In this document: positions 36,609 to 49,098 of the stretch, in pieces | Numbering within the stretch: position 1 is the stretch's first letter | How the letters are laid out: every line of letters starts with the position of its first letter | Source of the DNA: Octopus sinensis | Taxonomy: Eukaryota | Direction: 5' to 3' | NCBI RefSeq assembly: GCF_006345805.1 | Contig: NC_043024.1 | Span: 10,230,001 to 10,294,000, forward strand | Length of the DNA stretch: 64,000 bases | The notes under the pieces: generated by a model | What the model saw: the letters and a program-made list of their open reading frames with translations, nothing else | Told to the model about the DNA's origin: nothing | The model's database searches: none | Made by a program: the position numbers and the translations under genes

Positions 36609-38992
36609 AACAAATCAATAACGTTTGTCAAGCAGTACTGAAAGACAAACACAAATACACACTCATACGTGTGTGTGTGTGTGTGTCCGAGCTAAATTTG
36701 ATAGTTTACATAAAAGGAAAAGAAAACACAATATTCCATCCAAAAATGAAAGTATTTTTTAAAAAATATCAATTAGATTATGGCTAGGAGATATAGTATA
36801 CTCAGAGTAGCTTCCCTCTGGTTCCACCATAGCCTCGAGCTGGCCCCAAAACCTGGCACCTGCATTCTTCACTGTGCTCCCCGAGAAGATCTTCCAATAC
36901 CTATTTCTTTACTACCCACAAGGGGCAAAACACAGAGAGGACAAACAAGGACAGATAAACGGATTAAGTTGATTATATCGACCCCAGTGCGTAACTGGTA
37001 CTTAATTTATCGACCCCGAAAGGATGAAAGGCAAAGGAATTTGAACTCAGAACGTAGCGGCAGACGAAATACTGGAAAGCATTTCGCCCTGCATGCTAAC
37101 GTTTCTGCCAGCTCACCGCCTTAAGATTTTCCAATATCGCCTTGATCTTGACCACCAGTTCGGCCTTAGTGCTGCAGGCAGAGTGGTCAGTGTCTTTCTC
37201 GACCACATATCACACAGTAATCCATGGGACTATAATTAGGGGAATTAAGGAAAGGCGGCGAGCTGGCAGAAACGTTAGCATGCCAGGCAAAATGCTTAGC
37301 GGTATTTCGTCTGCTGCTACGTTCTGAGTTCAAATTCCGCCGAGGTCGACTTTGCCTTTCATCCTTTCGGGGTCAATAAATTAAGTACCAGTTACGCACT
37401 GGGGTCAATATAATCAACTTAATCTGTTCGTCTGTCCTTGAGTGACATGAATATGACCACAGTATTCCATACAAGGATGATTTGTGAACTTGTAAAGATA
37501 CAATATGGCCCCAGGTGTAAGGTAGTCCTTTGACCTATACAATGTCCCAACCTTTTGGGAAGCAGATCTACCAATTGGCTGTATGTAAGAGCTCCAAGAA
37601 AGGTCAGGTGACCAAGCAATTTCAAAGAATTAATGCATAAGTGGCTGAATATTCCACAGATATATGTATTTTACTTTTGATGCAATTCTCAATTAAGACT
37701 CAATGTGATTCAGTATGTGACAAGACTGGATCTTAGAATTACAGGTTCAATTCTTGCCAAAGGCTTCTGCACAATTTCACTTACAAAACATGAACCAACC
37801 TGAAGTTGAAGTAAAAGACTGCATGAATTGATTATGTTGCACCATGAGAAGGGCCATGGGCCCATGGGGAAACACTTACAGAGTCCCTTTCTCCAAAGAT
37901 AGAGAATGGTCTAGAAGTCTCTTCTCGCAGTAAAACTGATATTATTTCTTTATTGCCCGCAAGGGGCTAAACATAGAGGGGACAAATAAGGACAGACACT
38001 TGGATTAAGTTGATTACATCGACCCCAGGGCATAACTGGTGCTTAATTTACCGACCCCGAAAGGATGAAAGGCAAAGTCGACCTCGACAGAATTTGAACT
38101 CAGAATGTAACGGCAGACGAACTACTGCTAAGCGTTTCGTCCGGCGTGCTAACCATTCTGCCAGTTTGCTGCCTTAGAACTGATTTGGTACTGGAACCAC
38201 CCAATAGTTAGTAAAAACAGCAGAATAAAAGTTAAGAAGAATGAATAATTCACAGATTCTGAGACAAGTTTACGATTTTCATTGAAGTCTTTATTCCTTA
38301 AATCTACAAAAATGTTAAACACAGAGCAAAGTTTTACAAAGCAATTCACATTCAACAAGCGAAGCCCAGGATGGACTGTAATAAAGTCAGGAACTACTTT
38401 TAAAAGAAAAAATGGCTCTGTTTATATGGTTTTCTTTCACAGACACTTCGGAGAAAAATGAGGAGTGTGTTGCATCAGATTTATAAACATCTACAAGCTA
38501 TGTCATAAAAAGTTAGAAACTTCAAGAGAACGTGAAATAATTCATTTATTAACAGTAGTATAGGCGCAGGAGTGGCTGTGTGGTAAGTAGCTTGCTTACG
38601 AATTTCATGGTTCTGGGTTCAGTCCCACTGCGTAGCACCTTGGTCAAGTGTCTTCTGTTATAACTTTGAGCTGACCAAAGCCTTGTGAGTGGATTTGGTA
38701 GAAGGAAACTGAAAGAAGCCTGTCATATATATGTATGTATAAATATGTGTTTGTGTGTCTGTGTTTGTTCCCCCCACCCAACATCGCTTGGCAACCGATG
38801 CTGGTGTGTCTATGTCCCCGTAACTTAGCGGTTTGGCAAAAAGAGACTGATAGAATAAGTACTAGGCTTCCGAAGAATATGTCCTGAGGTCGATTTTCTT
38901 GACTAAAGGCAGTGCTCCAGCATGGCCACAGTGAAATGACTGAAACAAGTAAAAGAGTAAAAGATATATATATATATATATATATACACATA

Positions 38993-39178
38993 ACAGGATA
39001 TCTGACTCCTAGAAAGAGTAGTTAAACTACAAACCACTAATAGTGGTATTTCGAAAGGGAGTGAAAAATAAAAATTCAAACATTTACCCTTGTTTTTATT
39101 TTTCATTCCCTTTCGAAATTACCACTATTAGTGGTTTGTAGCTTAACTACTCTTTCTAGCGAGTCAGATGTCCTGATA
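38993..39178. mobile_element. Fold-back MITE-like element
   Basis: caggatatctgactcctagaaagagtag... is matched by ...ctactctttctagcgagtcagatgtcctg. Confidence 0.7.
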
Positions 39179-39194
39179 TAGCCATCTCTTATGT

Positions 39195-39263
<69 letters not shown>

Positions 39264-39705
39264 ATGTATATTCTTTTTTTCTTTTCTTTTACTCTTTTAC
39301 TTGTTTCAGTCATTTGACTGCGGCCATGCTGGAGCACCGCCTTTAATCGAGCAACTCGACCCCGGGACTTATTCTTTTGTAAGCCCCAGTACTTATTCTA
39401 TCAGTCTCTTTTGCCGAACCGCTAAGTAACGGGGACGTAAACACAACAGTATCGGTTGTCAAGCAATGCTAAGAGGACAAACACAGACACAAACACACAC
39501 ACATACATATATACGACGGGCTTCTTTCAGTTTCCGTCTACCAAATCCACTCACAAGGCTTTGGTCGGCCCGAGGATATAGTAGAAGACACTTGCCCAAG
39601 GTGCCACACAGTGAGACTGAACCCAGAACCATGTGGTTGGTAGCAAGCTACTTACCACACAGCCACTCCTGCGCCTATATATATATATATATATACATAC
39701 ACATA

Positions 39706-39782
<77 letters not shown>

Positions 39783-39805
39783 ATATATATATATGTATAT
39801 ATATG

Positions 39806-39858
<53 letters not shown>

Positions 39859-40427
39859 AAATGTATATATATATATATATATATATAATTCTTTCTAGCA
39901 TAAGCAAAAGACCTGAAATTTTGAAGGAGGCGGGGGGCTAGTTGTCAATTACATCAACCCTAGTTCTCAGCTGGTACTTATTTTATCAATCCCAGAACCA
40001 AAAATCCAGAAGAGATGCCATTAAGGAAGGAGCAGGTTAGTCATCGATTCCATCAACTCCAGTGCTTGTCAGGTATTTATTTCACCAACCCCAATAGGAT
40101 GAAAGACAAAGTCGGCCTCAGCAGAACTTGAACCCAGAACATAAAGAACTAGGATGAAATACAGCCGAGCATTTTGGCTGAACCACTAGCAATTCCACCA
40201 TCTCAGCATTTCAGATAAAACTATAAATAAAAGCATGAAAAATATTTTATTTGGAAAAAAAATGTTGAAGGCAACCTAAAACTTTTTGTATCCAAATGGA
40301 GAATTATTTCTAACCTAAATTTACAAACCACATAGCTTTATCTGCTTCAAATTCCACTGTTAAAAACAAACTTCCACTATATTTTAATCATAATTTTCAT
40401 TATAGCAACATTCAAAATTACTAATTA

Positions 40428-40672
40428 CTAATTTCCATTGTAGTCAATTAGTCTATAACCATATGTAAATGAATATTTATTCGGCTGACCGGCACCCAGA
40501 ACATCTGCGAATAAGTGACATTCGTTTTTCTCTTTAACAAAACTGGTGCACATTCGATTCTCAAAGCAAATGCTTGCACAACCCTGGAGACTGGAAACTC
40601 CAGTTGGAGAAGGAAGAGATTTCCTGGGAGCATTCTTCCAAGGAAATTTCTGGAACTTCATCTTTCTGCTAG
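40428..40672 (-). CDS. Terminal exon, PAN/Apple-like domain, of the lectin-TSP1-PAN gene
   Basis: tttctttttcag acceptor in phase 1; SLQGCASICFENRMCTSFVKEKNECHLF; stop at 40428; AATAAA at 40246-40251. Confidence 0.8.
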
Positions 40673-40862
40673 CTGAAAAAGAAAAGGAAAGAGAAAATAG
40701 CACAAGGATTTCTTTTATTTACTGATGTATATGATCAAAATCTAGTTAAGAAGCTTAATTTGCAACCTTGTGGTTCGGGTTTCAATCCCATTGCACAGTA
40801 CAGCACCGTGGGCAAGTATCTTCTGCTATAGTCCCAGAGGGGATGGTTAAATAATAAATATA

Positions 40863-41427
40863 TTGTGTTGTCCGGAAAGTTTGTGCCGATTTATAGTAGC
40901 TTACCTTTTGACTTACTTTAGAACATGGTTGAGTCCATAAAATAGGATTTGACTACACCTCCATTTAGAGCACAGTTTAAGCTATCTTTTCGTGGAAGAA
41001 GGTTTATGTTCCTATAACCTGTGTTAATTCTGTAACCTTTAAAAGGGAAGATAAGAAAGTTCATTTTTGGCACTCGATGCTTTGGGAACCAGGCAAAAAT
41101 TGTTGCAGCTCGGCTGGGATGTGTTACCCCACCCTCCAAATTCACCAGATATTGCTCCTTCGGATTTCCACTTATTCAAGTCTCTGCAGAATAGTCTTAA
41201 TGGTAAAAATTTCAATTCCTTGGATGACGTAAAAAGATACCTTGATGAATTCTTTGCCATGAAACCACCTCAATTCTGGGAAGAGGGTATTTTCAAGTTA
41301 AAGGAAAGATGGAGACGCATTGTGCAACAAAATGGTTCATATTTGGTTGATTAACAATGTAATGGCAAGTATTTATTGACATTTTACTTTCTTTTAAAAA
41401 TCAGCACGAACATTCCAGACAACCCAA
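40863..41427 (+). mobile_element. Internally deleted mariner with both TIRs and TA TSD
   Basis: TIRs ttgtgttgtccggaaag / cattccagacaacccaa; C-terminal HPPNSPDIAPSDFHLF motif. Confidence 0.9.
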
Positions 41428-41549
41428 TATATCGATATAGTATAAGATAAAGTGATGTGCTGAGTATTTGATGAATAATAATCAAATTCCATAGAAAGAG
41501 TTAATATATAGATATATTTTAAAATTTTTTAATTCTTTTCTCTTATAAA

Positions 41550-41581
<32 letters not shown>

Positions 41582-42540
41582 TACATTATATATGAATTAT
41601 TTTGTGTACTCAGCATACTTATGTGCACCCACTACTCCATAAATAAAATTTCTTTCTTATCTTTACAATGCACAATATCATTATATTACTTAAACACTCA
41701 ATACTTACATAATATTACGATATTCTTTCCTCTCACTTTATGCCAAGCTAGTTTATTAACTCACATTTTTATTTATAATAGGAGTGGCTGTGTGGTAAGT
41801 AGCTTGCTTACCAACCACATGGTTCCGGGTTCAGTCCCACTGTGTGGCACCTTGGGCAAGTGTCTTCTACTATAGCCTTGGGTTAACCAAAGCCTTGTGA
41901 GCAGATTTGGTAGACGGAAACTGTAAGAAGCCTGTCGTATAAATGTATATGTATATAAATGTGTGTCTGGTGTGTTTACGTCCCCGTAACTTAGGGGTTC
42001 GGCAAAAGTGACCGATAGAATAAGTACTAGGCTTACAAAGAATAAGTCCTGGGGTCGATTTGTTCGACTAAAGGCAGTGCTCCAGCATGGCCGCAGTCAA
42101 ATGACTGAAACGAGTAAAAGAGTAAAAGAGAGAGTATAGTCGACCTGCTAAATATCAATAATTATAATTTAAAAATTTTTACCATCATATTCCTCTCTGT
42201 ATTATCTCCCCTACATTGTTAATTTTTAAGTTTTACATCTATTCTGCCTCTGAAGGTTTTTTCGTAATATTTATATCCACAGCAAGTATTTACAATCTAA
42301 ATTCTGTACCGTTAACAACTAACTTCCTATTTTTTTTATTTTCTTACCTTATAAATAATACACACAAACGAATATAATCAGAAATATTAAATTTCTAAAT
42401 ATCTCATAGAGATATGTACGGTGGTGGGGCGAAATTTAATATTTCTGATTTTGGTGATCAGTGAATATACTTCACTGAAAATTAGATACATATACTTACG
42501 AAGTCTAGACAGATATCTTTAGCTAGCAAGCCTCTGCTAC

Positions 42541-42587
42541 TCTAGACCGATGATGGGCAAAGACCCTGAAACATGCGTGTCTCTAGA
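42541..42587 (+). ncRNA. Hammerhead ribozyme copy 1 (core CCGATGA, probably impaired)
   Basis: Same fold as copy 2 with a U-to-C change in the CUGA turn. Confidence 0.55.
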
Positions 42588-42663
42588 TGCAGGCCTCGCT
42601 GCTGGGGGTGTTTGTCTCCCCTTCGTAAATATATAAGGACACTCTAGAGACATGCCTTGCTAC

Positions 42664-42709
42664 TCTAGACTGATGATGGGCCAGACCCTGAAACATGCGT
42701 GTCTCTAGA
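42664..42709 (+). ncRNA. Hammerhead ribozyme copy 2 (type I, intact core, GUC site)
   Basis: TCTAGA-CTGATGA-tGGGccagaCCCt-GAAA-CAtgcgTG-TC^TCTAGA. Confidence 0.75.
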
Positions 42710-42759
42710 TGCAGGCCTCGCTGCTGGGGGTGTTTGTCTCCCCTTTGTAAATATATAAG

Positions 42760-43310
42760 TATTTCTTTACTACCCACAAGGGGCTAAACACAGAGGGGAC
42801 AAACAAGGACAGACAAAGGGATTAAGTCGATTATATCGACCCCAGTGCGTAACTGGTACTTAATTTATCGACCCCGAAAGGATGAAAGGCAAAGTCGACC
42901 TCGGCGGAATTTAAACTCAGAACGTAGCGGCAGACGAAATGCCTATTTCTTTATTACCCACAAGGGGCTAAACACAGAGAAGACAAACAAGGACAGACAA
43001 ACGGATTAAGTCGATTACATCGATCCCAGTGCGTAACTGGTACTTAATTTATCGACCCCAAAAGGATGAAAGGCAAAGTCGACCTCGGCGGAATTTAAAC
43101 TCAGAACGTTGCGGCAGACGAAATACCTATTTCTTTACTACCCACAAGGGGCTAAACATAGAGGGGACAAACAAGGACAGACAAACGGATTAAGTCAATT
43201 ACATCGACCCCAGTGCGTAACTGGTACTTAATTTATCGACCCCGAAAGGATGAAAGGCAAAGTCGACCTACGCATTTCGCCCAGCTTGCTAACGTTTCTG
43301 CCAGCTCACA
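42760..43310 (-). mobile_element. Three head-to-tail SINE B copies
   Basis: Unit of about 185 bp starting near 42760, 42944 and 43128. Confidence 0.9.
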
Positions 43311-43743
43311 GTAAGTGTGTCAAAGCCGACAGGAGGCGTCGATGCTTCCTAGGGCTAAACAGCGGTGATGTAATCCCTTCTGTCACGTTAAGTTGACAGT
43401 ATACAAGCATTATAAACGAATATAAGTTCTTACCCTAACACACTTCCATTATTTGTAGCTCTTTAAGCATTTCTTTACCTGAGTCTTGTTCTCGTTGCAG
43501 TCCCTTCATCAAGTCTTCTGTTTTTTTGTTTTGTTTATAATTCTTGTACTGAGGTGAACAGTGATATGTAATTGATTTAATTTGATCAAAATAATTTAAT
43601 TATTCTACCATGAATTTACATTTTAATATCGCTGTTTGAAATGATCATATGCATGTATTAGAATTCTTTCGAATTTGAATGTTTTCTCTTCTTTGTTTTT
43701 AACAAATTTGTTGAGTTCAATGGAATACATACATACATATATA

Positions 43744-43790
<47 letters not shown>

Positions 43791-44567
43791 TGATAGATCG
43801 TTAGCCACTACACACATTTTTTTCTCTCCTTGTTATTTCTGTGTACCTTTCTGTAGAAGAGCGTAGGCTCGAAACGTAAAAGACTTTCTCTATTCCTGAG
43901 CGTTATACTAATACATCTGTTTGCTTTGTACACCACCTGTCTTCGTCTTTTGTTGTTTTCGTAAACTCTCCCTATATATAAAGTTAATCCAAACATGAAA
44001 ACACAAAGAGAAAACACAACAACGCAAGGATGTGGAACAAGTATAGTGTTATTGGATGCTCAGGAAAGGAAAGAAAGAAGGAGGATTTAACGATTCGAGC
44101 GGAGCTCTTTGTCAGAAACATAGAAAAAGAAAGATCCAAGGAAGGGAAGACTGAGGGAAAAAAATCGCCAACGATACACACGCGGTCACATTTTGAATGA
44201 CTGGAAGGGAATGGGTGAAGAAAAAGTTCTTTCAAAGAGGAGACAATGACAATGATGATGATGATGAATGTGTGTATCTGTGTTTCTTCCATTTGACAAT
44301 TAGTGTTGGTTTGTTTACATCCTTGTAACTTAGCATTTCTGAAAAAAGATTTGTGGAATAAGGACCAAATTTTAAAAATTAAAACAAACATAAGGTGCAG
44401 GAGTGGCTGTGTGGTAAGTAGCTTGCTTACCAACCACATGGTTCTGGGTTCAGTCCCACTGTGTAGCACCTTGGGCAAGTGTTTTCTGCTGTAGCCTTGG
44501 GCCAACCAAAGCCTTGTGAGTGGATTTGGTAGATGGGAACTGAAAGAAGCCTGTTGTATATATATAT

Positions 44568-45830
44568 TATCATCATCATCATCATCGTTTAACGTCCGTT
44601 TTCCGCGCTAGCACGGGTTGGATGGTTCGACAGTTCGGCCGGGGTCTGGGAAGCCAGGGGCTTCTCCAGGCTCCAGTCTGATCTGGCAGAGTTTCTACGG
44701 CTGGATGCCCTTCCTAACGCCAACCACTCCGCGAGTGTAGTGGGTGCTTTTTACGTGCCACCTGCACAGGTGCCAGGGGGGGTCCGGCATCGTCCACGAT
44801 CGGTTGGAGCTTTTAACGTGCCAGCGACACGGAAGCCAGCCAAGGCGGCGCTGGCAACGTTCGGATGGTGCTTTTTATGTGCCACCGGCACAGGCATCAC
44901 AACTACTATTTCCATTGATATTTATTTCGACGTTCATGTTCATGTACTTGACTCAACAGGTCTCCTCAAGCACAGCGGGACGTTCCGGGATCCAGGGTAC
45001 TTTGAATGGGCAGGGCCTATGCGGAACTGATGCAGGAAGCAGCCCGGGTCTTTGCAGTCACAGCATATCTCCAGAGATCTCGGTCCTTCGCCATTGCCTC
45101 AGTGAGGCCCAACGCTCTGAGGTCATGCTTGACTACCTCATCCCATGTCTTCCTGGGTCTACCTCTCCCCCTGATACCTTCAACTGTTTGGGAGTGGCAC
45201 TTCTTCACACATCTCTCCTCATCCATCCGCAGTACATGACCATACCATCGCAAGCGTCGCTCTTGCACACCACATCTGATGCTTCTTATATCCAGCATTT
45301 CTCTCAGGGTGCTTACACTCTGTCGTGCGTGCACACTGACACTAAACATCCAGCGGATCATGTTAGCTTCATTTCTTTCAAGTCTACGCATGTCCTCTGC
45401 AGTCACAGCCCATGTTTCACTACCGTGAAGCATTGCAGTTCACACACATGCATCATACAATCTACCTTTCACTCTGAGGGAGAGACCCTTTGTCGCCAGT
45501 AGGGGTAGGAGCTTTCTGAACTTTGCCCAGGCTATTCGTATTCTAGTGGTGACACTATCCGAGCATCCACCTCCACTACTAACTTGGTCACCCAGGTAGC
45601 GGAAACTATCAACTACTTCTAGTTTCTTCCCCTGGAGTGTGATGGAATCTGTTTTCTGAGTATTTGTGGTGTCTATTGTCCCTGTGCATCTGCCGCACAT
45701 GAAAGCTATCTTATCAGTTAATTTCCCTTTAATGTTGCTGCACCTCTTATGAGTCCATAGCTTACATTGGGTGCATCTTATGGAGTTTCTACTTACACCT
45801 TTCCTACAGATCGAGCAGGGCCACCTGCCC
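44568..45830 (-). mobile_element. RTE/RTEX-type LINE 3' fragment with PHD-like finger
   Basis: WPCSICRKGVSRNSIRCTQCKLWTHKRC...MCGRC, FRYLG, LHGSETW, RRLRWYGHVLRM and GRGRPRKTW motifs; (GAT)n tail. Confidence 0.88.
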
Positions 45831-45876
45831 GAGGGTGTGTGTGCTGAGTTTGCCTTTCTGCTTACTACAACTTTGG

Positions 45877-45916
<40 letters not shown>

Positions 45917-46899
45917 GTGTGTGTGTGTTTACGATTGTGTGTCTGCGTTTGTCCCCCCAACATCGCTTGACAACCATGGTGTGTTTATGGCCCCCGTAAC
46001 TTAGCAGTTCAACAAAAGAGACCAATAGAATAAGTACTAGGCTTACAAAGAATAAGTCCTGGGGTCGTTTTCCACAACAAAAGGCGGTGCTCCAGCATGG
46101 CCGCAGTCAAATGACTGAAACAAGTAAAAACGCAAAAGAGTATAACTACTGAGGTCGACTTGCTCCAACATGGCCACAGTCCAATAACTACTTGAACAAC
46201 TACTACTACTACCATCACTAACGCCACCGCCACTACCACTACTATTACTACTTCAACAACTATTACTACCCCCACCACACACACACACACACACACCACC
46301 ACCACCATTATCACCACTACTACTACTGTCGTTGTTGTTGGTGTTGTTGTTATTGATAATCAATATCCTATCTTCATTGAAACAAGCTAAGTAACCCTCA
46401 AGTTTATGTTAAACAATACAAAGATACATCAAGAAATATCAACCTGTCTTTTATTAGTTGTTCTTGTTGTTGATGAAGTCGTTTCATAAAGCTCCCAGGT
46501 TAGTTCCGTAGCGAGCCAACAGATGGCAGCACACGGTTGCGTGGGCAGTGGGAGCTAGCAATGACCTTCACAAGGCAGTGTGCCTCCTGAGTTTCCTCGC
46601 CAAAAGCAACATGGTTCCGCGTCCTCGTCCGCCCCCTATTTGCCAGATTTAGCCCACGCTTTTATTCTCTTTTACTTGTTTCAGTCATTTGACTGTGGCC
46701 ATGCTGGAGCACCGCCTTTTGGTCGAGCAAATCGACCCCCCAGGACTTATTATTCTTTGTAAGCCTAGTACTTATTCTATCGGTCTCTTTTTGCCAAATC
46801 GGTTGTCAAGCGATGTTGCGGGGACAAACACAGGCACACAAACATATATACACACACATACATACATATATAAATCCTTAAAATCCTTAAAAATGTTTT

Positions 46900-47310
46900 A
46901 GCCCGAAGGTCGCGGCCATGCTGGGGCACCACCGCTGAATGAGCTACACTAATATGTGAATCCACCTCTGATACGTGGCACTTGATCAACAAGGGAGTTC
47001 GATGCTGCTGCCCGCATCTGCGTCTCCTGTCATGAGGTAGGTTCATCTGGGATCCCCGACAAGAAGAGATCCAGTTTAGTTTTAAAGAAACCCACATCCA
47101 CACCATGTAAGTCTCTCAGGCATTTAGGGAGGATGTTAAAGAGCTGTGGTCTTCTGAAACCCAAGCTGTTGCAGTATCTGGACCTGTATTTTGATGGTGA
47201 TGTTGGAATCTTTGGCACCATGCAGTGGCGTCCCGTTCTGCGGTTGAGGTAACTTTGAATGCCAAAGTTTGGGACAAGACCCTCCAGGATTTTCCAGATG
47301 TATATCACCG
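46900..47310 (-). mobile_element. CR1-group LINE 3' fragment
   Basis: IYIWKILEGLVPN...GFRRPQLFNILP...FKTKLDLFL resembles an RT C-terminal tail. Confidence 0.65.
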
Positions 47311-47417
47311 CATATATACATATATACATATATAAAATTTAATAAGGGTAGAAATTGATATTAATCAATTAAAACCAGTGGCCTAGCATATTAAAAAAAT
47401 CCAAAGATTAAAATATT

Positions 47418-47827
47418 TTTACACACAAAATTTAAAGGACTGACCACTAAAAGTGGACAGTCAACACGCTAGATATAGATGTCAAAGCGCTATTTTCCAC
47501 GAAGAGTGTGTTCTCAAATAAAAATCCAGCACAAAACCAAACCATTAGAAATAAGCAAGACAAATATGAAAATATAGGAAATAAAAATGATTACCTATGT
47601 ACCGATCAGTTTCGATTGTTATTATCCAATCGAAACTGATCGGTACATGGGTAATCATTTTTATTTCCTATATTTTCATATTTGTCTTGCTTATTTCTAA
47701 TGGTTTGGTTTTGTGCTGGATTTGTATTTGAGAACACATTCTTTGTGGAAAATAGCGCTTTGACATCTATATCTAGCGTGTTGACTGTCCACTTTTAGTG
47801 GTCAGTCCTTTAAATTTTGTATGTAAA
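47418..47827. repeat. Near-perfect 410-bp palindrome (arms of about 200 bp, 8-nt loop)
   Basis: Centre gattg-ttattatc-caatc at 47614-47631; only a few mismatches between arms. Confidence 0.95.
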
Positions 47828-47936
47828 TATATATATATATATAAAATATTATTAGAGACAAAACCACTATTTTGCAAAACAAACAAGGAAAGACTTAATC
47901 AATACATAAAATTTTAATAAAAAGTCAAAAAAACCG

Positions 47937-47979
47937 CCACTACAATTGTTTCTTGTCCTGATCGACAATCTTCAGGTGG
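47937..47979 (-). ncRNA. Minimal type I hammerhead ribozyme motif
   Basis: CCAC-CTGAAGA-TTGTCgatcagGACAA-GAAA-CaattG-TA^GTGG. Confidence 0.7.
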
Positions 47980-47999
47980 ACTTCCAATTCCTACGTCCT

Positions 48000-48340
48000 G
48001 GTTTTGTTTTTATCCTTACCATTATTGTTTTTACGTTTTTGTATTCTTATTCGTGCTTTCCTTATTGTTTTTACGTATTTTTGTATTTTTATTCGTGTAA
48101 CATCGTCCGTTTTCCGTCCCTGTGTTGTATACATTCGAAGCTTTCTTCCAAGGAATCTAATGCGCTTGGCTTAGATTTCTCTTGGTGGCTGCCCAGGTCG
48201 GAGCAATCTCAAGATTAATCAGCCAAAATTGCGAAGATGATCCGGTTCTTGACTGATGACTGAGGGCTTCGAATGTCCCGTCCTGTGGTTCTTGTGTCGT
48301 CTTCTAGGTGTTTCACGTTCTTGTCCCAGTTTGTATATAT
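48000..48340. mobile_element. Unclassified interspersed repeat
   Basis: Homologous copies at about 7800-8130, 9050-9330 and 15090-15400. Confidence 0.7.
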
Positions 48341-48351
48341 TTTTTACTTTT

Positions 48352-48403
<52 letters not shown>

Positions 48404-49044
48404 AATATATATATATAGACTGGCGTCTGTGCTAGCGGGGTGCAAAGAGCACCATACAAGCGTGATCATTAATAGTGTGGCTAACTGGCTTCCGTGCCAG
48501 TGGTACTTAAAAGGCACCATTCGAGTGTGATTGTTATCAGCGCTGGGGTCTATGTTTTCAACTAAAATCCTTCAAGGCAGTGCCCCAGCATGGCCACAGT
48601 CAAATAACAGAAAAAAAGTACTAGGTGCAGGAGTGGCTGTGTGGTAAGTGGCTTGCTTACCAACCACATGGTTCCGGGTTCAGTGCCACTGCGTGGAATC
48701 TTGGGCAAGTGTCTTCTGCTATAGCCCCGGGCCGACCAATGCCTTGTGAGTGGATTGGTAGACGGAAACTGAAAGAAGCCCGTCGTATATATGTATATAT
48801 ATATATGTATATATATATATATGTGTGTGTGTATGTGTGTGTGTTTGTGTGTTTGTCCCCCTAGCATTGCTTGACAACCGATGCTGGTGTGTTTACGTCC
48901 CCGTCATTTAGCGGTTCGGCAAAAGAGACTGATAGAATAAGTACTGGGCTTACAAAGAATAAGTCCTGGGGTCGATTTGCTCAACTAAAGGTGGTGCTCC
49001 AGCATGGCCGCAGTCAAATGACTGAAACAAGTAAAAGAGAGAGA

Positions 49045-49098
<54 letters not shown>

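Noticed and set aside
46516-46529. CTCF-like motifs (also 57067-57080)
   Set aside because: One-mismatch short matches are expected by chance in 64 kb; no supporting evidence.
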